Below are positions 44,383 through 52,653 of a stretch of DNA of 64,000 bases, piece by piece. How positions within the stretch are numbered: position 1 is the first letter of the stretch; the number at the start of each line of letters is the position of its first letter. Location of the stretch: positions 1,262-65,261 of the IMG/VR virus record IMGVR_UViG_3300014043_000154. One strand, given 5' to 3'. The notes below the pieces were generated by a model, which had not been told where the DNA came from, made no database searches, and saw only the letters and a program-made list of their open reading frames with translations. Made by a program: the position numbers and the translations under genes. Source of the DNA: a virus (lineage: Duplodnaviria > Caudoviricetes).

Positions 44383-44568
44383 TCATCGGCTCAACGGCTC
44401 TACTTGACCTCCTTTTGTCTGGTTACCTTTCGTTATCTTGATTTCGAATATCTTCTTACAGTGCCTCGCCTTGCATCTGACGAAAATCCCTTTGCACTCG
44501 GCGGAACTGTTGTAAGTGACATTCGTTGTGTGCCCGCAGTAGGGGCAGATCACTTTCTTTTCCATCAT
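44383..44568 (-). CDS. Small zinc-ribbon protein (Com-like)
   Basis: CPYCG...C...RCKARHCKKIFEI. Confidence 0.7.
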   Translation of the reverse strand: MMEKKVICPYCGHTTNVTYNSSAECKGIFVRCKARHCKKIFEIKITKGNQTKGGQVEPLSR

Positions 44569-45194
44569 CCGCCTCTCTTCAAGCTTTCAACCGCAGACAC
44601 ATCCCCGTTCTGGAGGGCTGCGATAAGTTCCTTCTCTTTCTTGCTCTCTGTGATGTTCTTGCCGTCAGGCAGCCTATACAGATTCTTCATCCGCTGATAG
44701 TAGGCCTTCTGCTCCTTGCTCATGTTCTTAGTGATCTTGATTGCCCTGCAGTGCATGACATCCACAAACAGGCTGTCACGGAGCGAGATGAACAAAGCCC
44801 GGAATTTCCACCAATGCAGGTGCTCGATATCCTGAAGATCTATACCGTACTGAGTCAGGAAAGCCGAATAGATTAGGTTCGCATCATACTCATAATCGTA
44901 GATGCGCTTTTCACGCCCTGACCCACCGGATGAACGTTCTTTCTCTTCTTCCGGCTCTCCACAGCGGTAAAACCAGAGGAACTGATCAACCGCTTCCTTT
45001 ATGTTCCAAAACGGGACATTATCTCCATAGAAGTTAAAGAGCGCCTGAGCAGCCTTGTCTTCCTTGGACAACTCTGCATCTTGCAAGAGCATCTCCGTAA
45101 TCATCATCGAGCGGAAGTCTGCATTGATCTCGACCTCATCGCCATCAATGGTCACACTGTACGGCAGAGCATCGATGATGATATTGCTGTTCAT
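44565..45194 (-). CDS. Gp15-family tail assembly chaperone
   Basis: INADFR, YD...DA.LIYSAF..QYGIDL, LHWWKFRALF. Confidence 0.85.
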   Translation of the reverse strand: MNSNIIIDALPYSVTIDGDEVEINADFRSMMITEMLLQDAELSKEDKAAQALFNFYGDNVPFWNIKEAVDQFLWFYRCGEPEEEKERSSGGSGREKRIYDYEYDANLIYSAFLTQYGIDLQDIEHLHWWKFRALFISLRDSLFVDVMHCRAIKITKNMSKEQKAYYQRMKNLYRLPDGKNITESKKEKELIAALQNGDVSAVESLKRGG

Positions 45195-45652
45195 GAGCTG
45201 CCTTTCTTATCGGGGAACTGTCTCTTCTTTTTCGCCTCTGCCCTTCTCTGGGCACGGTTGCCTGCGTTGTACCGATTATTGAATTCCGACATCTTATCCG
45301 TAAGAGCCTCTTTCTGAGCGTTCGCCAGCTCCACGATAGAGCCCCAGGCCTTGATGCGCTTCATGAGGCTCTTCGTCTTGAACGCCTGTGCCGCGGTTCC
45401 TTCTCCGAACAGATCATCAAACCTGCGGTCGATTTCCTCTACAAGAGCCCTTGTGCGTTCTGAATCGGAACCTGCAGGTGCGTTGAAACTCTGCAGTGCA
45501 TATCCCGCCTCCTGTAACTTATCGAGAAAGTCAGGATCGGATGCATCAATCTCAAGCGTTACATCACCGACTTTGAGTTCCCCCGTGATATCACTGGAGA
45601 GAGTACCGATACCTTCTGAAAAAATATTGTTATCAAGTGCGTTGCTATCCAT
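45191..45652 (-). CDS. Tail assembly chaperone
   Basis: FDDLFGEGTA..F, NRAQRRA; between tail tube gene and gp15. Confidence 0.7.
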   Translation of the reverse strand: MDSNALDNNIFSEGIGTLSSDITGELKVGDVTLEIDASDPDFLDKLQEAGYALQSFNAPAGSDSERTRALVEEIDRRFDDLFGEGTAAQAFKTKSLMKRIKAWGSIVELANAQKEALTDKMSEFNNRYNAGNRAQRRAEAKKKRQFPDKKGSS

Positions 45653-45667
45653 TTATGCTCCTCCTTC

Positions 45668-46168
45668 TTAAGGCGTTGCCGTGAATGTATTTGCCGATAT
45701 GTCGAAAGTGCCCTCGACAAAATCTCCCTGCTGGTGCAGGGTTCCTTTGACCTGCATTTCGGAATCATCCGGTGAATACTCCGTGACTTCTGCCGATACG
45801 CGGAATTTCCGCGCGGGATAACTCGTCTGTGTCGGAGTATCCCACAGATCAACAACAACATAATCGAAACACGCTGCATCTCCCGTCAGCTGATTGCGGC
45901 CTACTTCATAGAGCTGCTTGACCGGGGTCTGGGACGGAATATGGTCTGCTGTGAAGTCCCAGGATGCATTGTAGGAAGATACGCGGGTTGTCTTTGCCTT
46001 CTGATGGACGTACTGTTTCTCCTTGGTCTCAACACCTGTCGATCCGTTGATCTCGGTAAAGCCAAGGCCCATCAGGTTATAAGTCTGCTGTGCAGCTCCA
46101 ACTGCATCAGCGCCAAGATAGTTGCCTACAAGATGCCGCTGTACGACATTCTCACTTGCATTCGGCAT
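45668..46168 (-). CDS. Major tail (tube) protein
   Basis: Position; LMG.GFT.I, YVHQK, G.FD...TF. Confidence 0.75.
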   Translation of the reverse strand: MPNASENVVQRHLVGNYLGADAVGAAQQTYNLMGLGFTEINGSTGVETKEKQYVHQKAKTTRVSSYNASWDFTADHIPSQTPVKQLYEVGRNQLTGDAACFDYVVVDLWDTPTQTSYPARKFRVSAEVTEYSPDDSEMQVKGTLHQQGDFVEGTFDISANTFTATP

Positions 46169-46171
46169 GAT

Positions 46172-46606
46172 TTACCTCCTGTGATATACAAGCTGCAGCT
46201 GGATGGAATACCGTGCAGTCTTGCCATTCGTGCTCTCCAGATGACCGGGGAGCGTAACATATAGATGCTGTGCCGTCATCCCTTCCGGGAGGACCGGCAG
46301 ATTATGTGCTGCATCCTGATCCTCGATCCAGTCGGACAGCTGGTCATAGAACGCTGCGTTCTGCAGGTTGATCGCTGTCTCCTGGTCGAAGATCTCATTG
46401 GATGAAAGCGTGAAATTGAATTGTCTAACAGTGCTCCTGTCGAGGTAGCGCTTACGTACGCGGGTACTTGGAACATAGCTGAATGCGTATGCAAACACCC
46501 GCTCCGGAAGCGTATCAACAGAAAAAGTCCCATCCTCATTAAGAATGGGACAATTCTTGAAGAACTCTACCACACTGTTCATGATAGCTGATGATGCATC
46601 AGACAT
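46172..46606 (-). CDS. Tail terminator / 'minor capsid' protein
   Basis: LPE, F.DWIE.Q...NLP.L, ARYSIQ.QL.Y. Confidence 0.7.
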   Translation of the reverse strand: MSDASSAIMNSVVEFFKNCPILNEDGTFSVDTLPERVFAYAFSYVPSTRVRKRYLDRSTVRQFNFTLSSNEIFDQETAINLQNAAFYDQLSDWIEDQDAAHNLPVLPEGMTAQHLYVTLPGHLESTNGKTARYSIQLQLVYHRR

Positions 46607-47000
46607 TTGAGCCTCCTGACGCTGTTCTTCTAGCGCCTTCACATATCGTGTTCAGGTTTGCGGCCTTCATCCTTTCGAACCAGTATGAACCGCGGTTCGC
46701 GTCATAGGAACGTGTCCTTGCAGTGTGGTAATACTGCTTGTTCGAATATAGGGCAAGGTAGTTGACCTCACCGGATCCTATCTCTGTTCCGAGAATACCG
46801 CTCTGAATCATGAATCCTGTTTTTATCGGCATGAGCGGAGCATCAAGACGAAGGACTTCGGAATCAACGAACTTCTGTGCCCTGCTCATCCGACCATTGA
46901 TCTCAGATTTGAAATTCGGATTGAACTCGAGAGTCACATGACCCTCGTCATCAAGCGACAGTTTGCCTCTCGGTACATCGATCTGCTGTGGTCCTGCCAT
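46599..47000 (-). CDS. Minor capsid / neck protein
   Basis: AQKF.DSEVLR...P.KTG, Y..KQYY, GS.WFERMK. Confidence 0.75.
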   Translation of the reverse strand: MAGPQQIDVPRGKLSLDDEGHVTLEFNPNFKSEINGRMSRAQKFVDSEVLRLDAPLMPIKTGFMIQSGILGTEIGSGEVNYLALYSNKQYYHTARTRSYDANRGSYWFERMKAANLNTICEGARRTASGGSNV

Positions 47001-47410
47001 CAGACACCTCCTATCCTCATGTGTGCGACAAATTCGGATCCCCTCGTCGTGTCATCCTGCCAGTTCGTGATCAGGCAGTGCTCCAGCGGCGATTTGCGGA
47101 CCTCTGTTACATCAGAGAGTGAATCCCCTTTGAGGATCACGTCATCCTTCTGGATCGTCCAGTGGCCTTCTACAGAGGCACTGTACTGTTCCTGAGGGAG
47201 ATAAGATTCCATCGCAGGAGAACCGTTAACCGTAGCTGTCAGCGGAATGCGTATGACATACGCATCTTCTGTCTGTTCCTCTGTCCCGCCAGTCCGGGAG
47301 AATCTGTGGACAAAACAGACTCCACGGATCACCGTTGGGCGGAATATATGTCCCCTGGACGCTTTATCGACAACCTTGTTGAAGATCGTGATGTCAGCAT
47401 TTGTAATCAT
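47000..47410 (-). CDS. Head closure-type protein
   Basis: MITNADITIFN, WT.Q.DD.I.KG. Confidence 0.7.
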   Translation of the reverse strand: MITNADITIFNKVVDKASRGHIFRPTVIRGVCFVHRFSRTGGTEEQTEDAYVIRIPLTATVNGSPAMESYLPQEQYSASVEGHWTIQKDDVILKGDSLSDVTEVRKSPLEHCLITNWQDDTTRGSEFVAHMRIGGV

Positions 47411-47841
47411 GTTGTCACCTCATCCCATTTATGTGACCAGCCCTTGAACATCAGGCCGGTATGGGCGAGATACTCGCCGATGACTTTGTCTGTTTCAGCA
47501 TCACAGGCCTCTGACGCTTCCATTTCATCTCCGATATCAGTGCCTCCATATGAGACGCTGTAACCATCGTTCGATTCGGATTTGAGAGCTCCATTCTTTG
47601 TTGCGGCCGCTCTCGCTTGTTTTCTCTTATCGTACTCATACATGACTTCAGCTGCGCAGCACACGGCATCGAACACAGCATCCGGAAGGACGGATGCCGA
47701 AAGCTTACCGGTCCTCCCGAATGTCAGATATTCGACCCTCATGCTGGCTTTACGCGACCATTCCGGCCAGGACGCCTCAGGAATGGATGATCCGAAGTAA
47801 CTTCCTGTATAGTACGCATAGTCAGCATAAGGTTTATCCAT
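47407..47841 (-). CDS. Head-tail connector protein
   Basis: YADYAYY...Y.G, AVCCAAE, SESNDGYSVSY, YL..TGL. Confidence 0.8.
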   Translation of the reverse strand: MDKPYADYAYYTGSYFGSSIPEASWPEWSRKASMRVEYLTFGRTGKLSASVLPDAVFDAVCCAAEVMYEYDKRKQARAAATKNGALKSESNDGYSVSYGGTDIGDEMEASEACDAETDKVIGEYLAHTGLMFKGWSHKWDEVTT

Positions 47842-47845
47842 GGCA

Positions 47846-48898
47846 TCAGCCCAGAGACTTGATCATTCCGATCGGAATCATCTTATGCGGATAGAAAGAA
47901 GTACCATTGCCATTCTTCACCAGCTCCCAGTTGGAACCCGTTGCGAGTTCCGCATCCGTCGGAGACGCGGTTGCCTGAGAATTCATCGTATATGAAATAC
48001 CTCTCGGCGCCCACATCTTACGCTGACGAGTGTACAGCAGATCTTCGCCACCATTTGTACTCGGATCACGGTCAACTTCGGACGGAACTTTCGCTCCGCA
48101 ATTGCAAAACTCGATAGCACCGCGGCCAAGTACATACGTGGTATAGACAGGAGATGATCCGGAATTATCAACCGGAACACCATCATCAACCATGACAAGG
48201 CGACCATTGACATATGCGAGCGTCGTATCTCTCTGGATGCCATCAGCATCTGTATACTTCGCATAGGCGAGAATCTTGATATTCTCAAGATTCGTTGCAA
48301 CTACGGAGTGCATGATTGCCAGAGAGAATGCGGCTTTTTTGTCACCACAGGCATGCTGCATGCCCGTATTCAGAGATGTGGCATCGAGATAGCCGACCTT
48401 TCCTTCACTGTTCGTGATTCCCGTAGCATCATAGATATGATTGTTTACGAAATCGGCATTGCCGGTTCCAGACATTGCGAAAATTCCAGAGAAGATATTG
48501 ATAAGTGTATCCTGATCAATATCATCCCAGTATTCATGGACCTGATTACCAGCCTGGGCCAGGAAGTCCTGACCACCGGTGATGTCGAATGAGAAATCTC
48601 TCTCCGACCATGCCTTGGCGCGGCCGACAACGATTTTGCCCTGCATGTAAGTATCCATGTTTGATGCCGGGATGTTGGTCTGTCCGTCATAGTTGACCGG
48701 AGCACCGCCGATACGTCCGCTGATCGGGGTCTTGATGTAGTTGCCGCCGACCTGATCTCTCAGAACATTAGCAAACTCCGGATGCTGAACAATAGCTCCC
48801 GATTTGAGGAGCATGTTCATGCGGGTGTTCGGAATTGTTTCCATATACTTCTGGAATACTTCGTCATTCCAGAATTTCTTATCGAATAAACCAGGCAT
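47846..48898 (-). CDS. Major capsid protein
   Basis: 350 aa after scaffold; YDGQTNI, RAKAW...DF, GG.D.LYTR.R. Confidence 0.9.
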   Translation of the reverse strand: MPGLFDKKFWNDEVFQKYMETIPNTRMNMLLKSGAIVQHPEFANVLRDQVGGNYIKTPISGRIGGAPVNYDGQTNIPASNMDTYMQGKIVVGRAKAWSERDFSFDITGGQDFLAQAGNQVHEYWDDIDQDTLINIFSGIFAMSGTGNADFVNNHIYDATGITNSEGKVGYLDATSLNTGMQHACGDKKAAFSLAIMHSVVATNLENIKILAYAKYTDADGIQRDTTLAYVNGRLVMVDDGVPVDNSGSSPVYTTYVLGRGAIEFCNCGAKVPSEVDRDPSTNGGEDLLYTRQRKMWAPRGISYTMNSQATASPTDAELATGSNWELVKNGNGTSFYPHKMIPIGMIKSLG

Positions 48899-48933
48899 AG
48901 TTTATCGTCCTCCTTAAAAGTATTTGTGGAGCA

Positions 48934-49650
48934 TCATTTATTCCCGTTGAGGAGTGCTCCTACGTCAGTATCGGGATGTGCGTTCTTGTACGCCATCGCC
49001 TCTGCAAGTGTCATTCCCTTGCTCTTCGGCGCGGGATTTGTCGGTGAACTCATCGGATTCATCTGGGAGAAGAACGGGAGCGGATTCTGAGCCGGAGCAG
49101 GTTTCGGTTCCGTCTTCGATTCCGGATCAGCAGCCTTGAAGGCGTCAGCGTACGTCTTGCGGAATCCCTTCATGAGATCGTCAGCACCTACAAGAGCACC
49201 GTCCTTGACGGTAAGACTCTGTTCAGCCGACAGCAGGTCACGTATTCCCTTCTTGGCCAGAGATGATGTGAACTCCGTTCCGGACAGATACTGGTCAATA
49301 AGGTGATCTCTCTCCTGCGCTGTCAGTTTTGCATTGAGAGCCTTTGTCTCGGTCTCATATTTCTGCTTCCAGTCTGCAGCTTCCTTCTTGACCGTCTCGA
49401 TTGTTACTCCATCTTTCTCAAAGCTTTCCAGTTTGACGTTCGCCTCTTTGAGCTGTGTATCAAGCCCGTCTGCGCGGGTCTTCTCGCGGTTGAACTTCTC
49501 CTGGCTGACATAGCCTCCGGCCTTCAGATCTACAACGTTGATTGTCTTGTCTGCCGTAAGGGCAGCAATGAACTCATCAGCTGTCATAGTCTTCGGCGCT
49601 TCGCCTTCTTTCGTTTCTCCCCACAGTTTCTTCAGAAATTCGTAAGCCAT
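48934..49650 (-). CDS. Scaffolding protein (GP20-like)
   Basis: GGYVS.EKF, coiled coil, DGALVG.DD. Confidence 0.8.
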   Translation of the reverse strand: MAYEFLKKLWGETKEGEAPKTMTADEFIAALTADKTINVVDLKAGGYVSQEKFNREKTRADGLDTQLKEANVKLESFEKDGVTIETVKKEAADWKQKYETETKALNAKLTAQERDHLIDQYLSGTEFTSSLAKKGIRDLLSAEQSLTVKDGALVGADDLMKGFRKTYADAFKAADPESKTEPKPAPAQNPLPFFSQMNPMSSPTNPAPKSKGMTLAEAMAYKNAHPDTDVGALLNGNK

Positions 49651-49771
49651 AATGTATCTCTCCTTATTCGCTAGATTTAGTTTAAACGACGGTCAACTCC
49701 GTCACGGCTATCTGGACTTGAACACCGTCCAGCCGGCGCCTGGCAGTTTAAACGTCTTACCCGGGACGTAT

Positions 49772-49802
49772 AAAAAGAGGGCTGCAGACAGCCCCCCTCT
49801 TT
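49772..49802 (-). terminator. Intrinsic terminator upstream of the scaffold leader
   Basis: AGAGGG..GGCTG-TCTG-CAGCCCTCT-TTTT on minus. Confidence 0.65.
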
Positions 49803-49924
49803 CGCGAGAATTTATAAAGCATGAATTGTAGGCACAGGAATGAATTACCCATTTCCTATCGTTTGTTAACATTTACTACTGCCACTCTAACCCTCGTGGC
49901 GGGGAGATAGCAGGATCACCTCCT

Positions 49925-49972
49925 TCAGCTGTTGTCTGTCGGACCTCTGAGCAGTGTTCGTTTGCTCCGCAC
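49925..49972 (-). CDS. 15-aa leader peptide (GTG start)
   Basis: MRSKRTLLRGPTDNS; preceded by AAGGAGGAGGTGA. Confidence 0.5.
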   Translation of the reverse strand: MRSKRTLLRGPTDNS

Positions 49973-50062
49973 CTTACTCACCTCCTCCTTTCTTTTATTC
50001 CTTCCGTAGGTCAAATAAGAGCAATGGCAGGGACTTTTATGTCCTTACCTGCTGGAAAGTTC

Positions 50063-50347
50063 TTATCTGTTCCTCCTGAAAAGCGTCTGGAACAGTTTCT
50101 TTGATATCACGGTTATCTCTCCGGACGGAAGATGTATTACATAGTCGCCGCATCGACCCTTAATGCGTCCACGATCCGTATACAGCGTAAAGCCGTAGAT
50201 GTAATTTGCACCGTCATTGATCCGGCTGTCGATGAAGATCTTCTCATCATTGACAGCCTTTGCGAACCAATATGGCCCGTCACGGTCATCATACGCAGAA
50301 GTGAACTCGAAAGCATCTACGACGAATGAGTTGCTTCGAAAGTCCAC
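50063..50347 (-). CDS. Small protein of the 'GDY(V/I)I' type
   Basis: VVDAFEF, CGDYVI..PSGE....K.LF. Confidence 0.6.
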   Translation of the reverse strand: MDFRSNSFVVDAFEFTSAYDDRDGPYWFAKAVNDEKIFIDSRINDGANYIYGFTLYTDRGRIKGRCGDYVIHLPSGEITVISKKLFQTLFRRNR

Positions 50348-50359
50348 GGCAAGTCCTCC

Positions 50360-50638
50360 TTAATTCGCCGGCGAAACGTGGATGCACTTGTTCTCCCATT
50401 TCTTATAGGCGTCAAGGTAGGCTTCCCGTTTATCTCCGTTGTACGTGATCTCGTAATACATGCCATCAGAAACGGTCGTGCTGAGCAGCGCCTTATGATT
50501 CTGAAGCGTCTTACAGTACCAGACGACAAATACATCGTCGGTCGTGATTGAACCGTTCTTGTCGGTCTTGTCCGCCCTGGAATTGAAATATTCAACTACC
50601 TGTTCCTTGCAGAACTGGATATACTCTTTGCTTCCCAT
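50360..50638 (-). CDS. DUF6275-like protein
   Basis: VFVVWYCKTLQNHKALLST...DGMYYEITYNGDK.E.YLDAYKKWEN. Confidence 0.75.
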   Translation of the reverse strand: MGSKEYIQFCKEQVVEYFNSRADKTDKNGSITTDDVFVVWYCKTLQNHKALLSTTVSDGMYYEITYNGDKREAYLDAYKKWENKCIHVSPAN

Positions 50639-50649
50639 AAATTTCCTCC

Positions 50650-50862
50650 TTATCCGACTGTGAAGGCCGTCACATCACGCATGTTGTAGCCGGCAATCCA
50701 CTGTTCATTCTTGATGATGATGAGATAGATTCCGCTGTCCTTTGCGAGGACTTCGTAATCATCCCAGAACTTCTGCGGGATAATGTCGATTTTGCCATCC
50801 CGGAAGAATACTCTGATCTTCTGTTTCTTCTGTTTCTTCTGTTTCTTCTTTACCTTTGCCAT
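50650..50862 (-). CDS. Small basic protein
   Basis: KKKQKKQKKQK N-terminus; GGAGG RBS. Confidence 0.6.
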   Translation of the reverse strand: MAKVKKKQKKQKKQKIRVFFRDGKIDIIPQKFWDDYEVLAKDSGIYLIIIKNEQWIAGYNMRDVTAFTVG

Positions 50863-50874
50863 GGTTACCTCCTG

Positions 50875-51393
50875 TTATTCAACAACTTCCCAATCGGTTG
50901 CAAGCATATCGGCCTGCGAAGCGAGCCAACCCATCTGCACACCGGATGTTCCGACGAAAGCGAATGCAGCGTTGCCGATCGCGTCATGCTGGACATTGAT
51001 GCAGTCCCCTTCTGCGTTTTTGTAGGATATGCAGGTGGCAAGTTCGACGAACTGATTCTTGCCGTTCCATCCCCTGCGCCGGATCCGCTTGCCATAACGC
51101 TTCGCCATATTGATGGCGTCACCAAAGGACAGCCCTTCCTGCTTGCCGCCAAGAAGAGGAGTGTTGCCTTCATCGGCATACATCCAGTCATCGGCAAGGA
51201 TGTTGCGAAGCGTATATTCCACACGCTGTGTGTCACGGATGTCAAGCACGGGCTCTCCTGTGTCTGACTCTTCGGGACGGCAATGCATTCGGATGGTCTC
51301 CCGCTTTTCGTCCCAAGTCCAATAGCCTGCCCATGTCGGACGCTTGATCTTGCATCCCTGTTTCATTGCTACAAACGCTACATCGAATTTCAT
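50875..51393 (-). CDS. Tandem DUF2829 (Tad2-like) protein
   Basis: Two repeats: F..A....K.G.KI.R..W...I.A.DW and FGDAI...K.I.R.GWNGKNQF...GWLASQADMLA.DW. Confidence 0.8.
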   Translation of the reverse strand: MKFDVAFVAMKQGCKIKRPTWAGYWTWDEKRETIRMHCRPEESDTGEPVLDIRDTQRVEYTLRNILADDWMYADEGNTPLLGGKQEGLSFGDAINMAKRYGKRIRRRGWNGKNQFVELATCISYKNAEGDCINVQHDAIGNAAFAFVGTSGVQMGWLASQADMLATDWEVVE

Positions 51394-51443
51394 ACATGTC
51401 TCCTTTCGTTGCATGAAAAAAGCACCGGTCTCCCGATGCCAAG

Positions 51444-52643
51444 TTACCTTAATGCTCTTCTGTTAGCCCATACTGCTCTTTGAGAAAGTGACCTGCCGAA
51501 TCCGGGAACCCTGACTCGGTCATTCTCGGCATCTCTGCCTGTCTGTCTCAGGAAGTCCTTCAGCTTCGCTTCCTTCTCCTTCAGCTTCACGGATTCTGAT
51601 TCAAATCCATTTCTCAGCGTCTCGATTGTCTCGTCATCTTCTGCCTCATCAATGGCGGCATCAATGCCTGACAGGGTACGCTTTGATTCCCGTATAGATC
51701 TCTCCATTTTTCTCTGGAGCTGTGAAGCTTCATAATCGTGGTACTCATCTCCGTCATATTCTACCGTATGGTCCGCATATTCAGACAGCTTTTCAGCTGA
51801 GTATGCCCTCTCCGAAATACCTGGCCAGAACGGGTAAAAGGTATGCCGGCAGTTCACTCCGCACAACCCTCCCGCATCGCCATAGCCTGTGGATTCTTCG
51901 AAATTCGGATAATCAGCTGTCGCGCCCTCGATTTTGAAGACCTGTCCCTGCCATTCGGCGTGGGATGGTCTTGCTCCCGGATGAGCGGAAGTCTCATAAT
52001 ACTCGGCGTCCAGTTCCGCAGCGTTCATTTCCGTTATGCGTCCTGCTGTCTGATTTAGGCTTGTCAGGACGTTCCGACGTATTGCAACATCTAATTTATC
52101 GTTACGGCTTGGAAATGCGACTGTAGCACCCTCTCGTCCTGCTTTCTTGACTGCCTGATAAATAGCCTCGGCAGGTGAAAAAGCACCGGAAGAAACTTTC
52201 ATGAATGCCTCGTTAGAACATTCAAGATAGAGCTGTCCACCTGTTTCACCCATTGTGAGAGTGAGATTGTGGATATTACCTGCTGTCCTGTCAACCATTG
52301 CTTCTAAGATCTGTCTCATCTGCGGTGACAGATTCATTTGGACTTCGATTCCGTTCCTGATGAGGGGAGCGACATTGCTCTGGATGTTTATGCTCATAGC
52401 CTCACCGAATATCCTCCTGATTTCTGCATCCGACTTTCCCGCCTGCTCCGCAACTCTGCGGAGGATATTGTCCTGTAAAGATCCAAGGTGCTGCAACTGC
52501 CTGTATTGTATGGCGGCAGTATCTGTCAGTTCACCGGTCTTCACTATACGGCGGGCTATATCCTGGATAATACTCTCTTCAAGATCATCATAGAGCCTGA
52601 CGAGGTATTCTGATGCACTCGCAAGATATTCGGGAGTAAGCAT
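51444..52643 (-). CDS. Phage minor capsid protein (SPP1 gp7/A118 gp4-like)
   Basis: MLTPEYL, SAHPGARPSH..WQG, GL.G.NCRH.F.PF, Q.QR..ER.IR. Confidence 0.9.
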   Translation of the reverse strand: MLTPEYLASASEYLVRLYDDLEESIIQDIARRIVKTGELTDTAAIQYRQLQHLGSLQDNILRRVAEQAGKSDAEIRRIFGEAMSINIQSNVAPLIRNGIEVQMNLSPQMRQILEAMVDRTAGNIHNLTLTMGETGGQLYLECSNEAFMKVSSGAFSPAEAIYQAVKKAGREGATVAFPSRNDKLDVAIRRNVLTSLNQTAGRITEMNAAELDAEYYETSAHPGARPSHAEWQGQVFKIEGATADYPNFEESTGYGDAGGLCGVNCRHTFYPFWPGISERAYSAEKLSEYADHTVEYDGDEYHDYEASQLQRKMERSIRESKRTLSGIDAAIDEAEDDETIETLRNGFESESVKLKEKEAKLKDFLRQTGRDAENDRVRVPGFGRSLSQRAVWANRRALR

Positions 52644-52653
52644 TACCTACCCC

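Noticed and set aside
49913-49925. 16S rRNA gene fragment
   Set aside because: Only the terminal 13 nt match; the flanks are not rRNA-like. Kept as a regulatory finding instead
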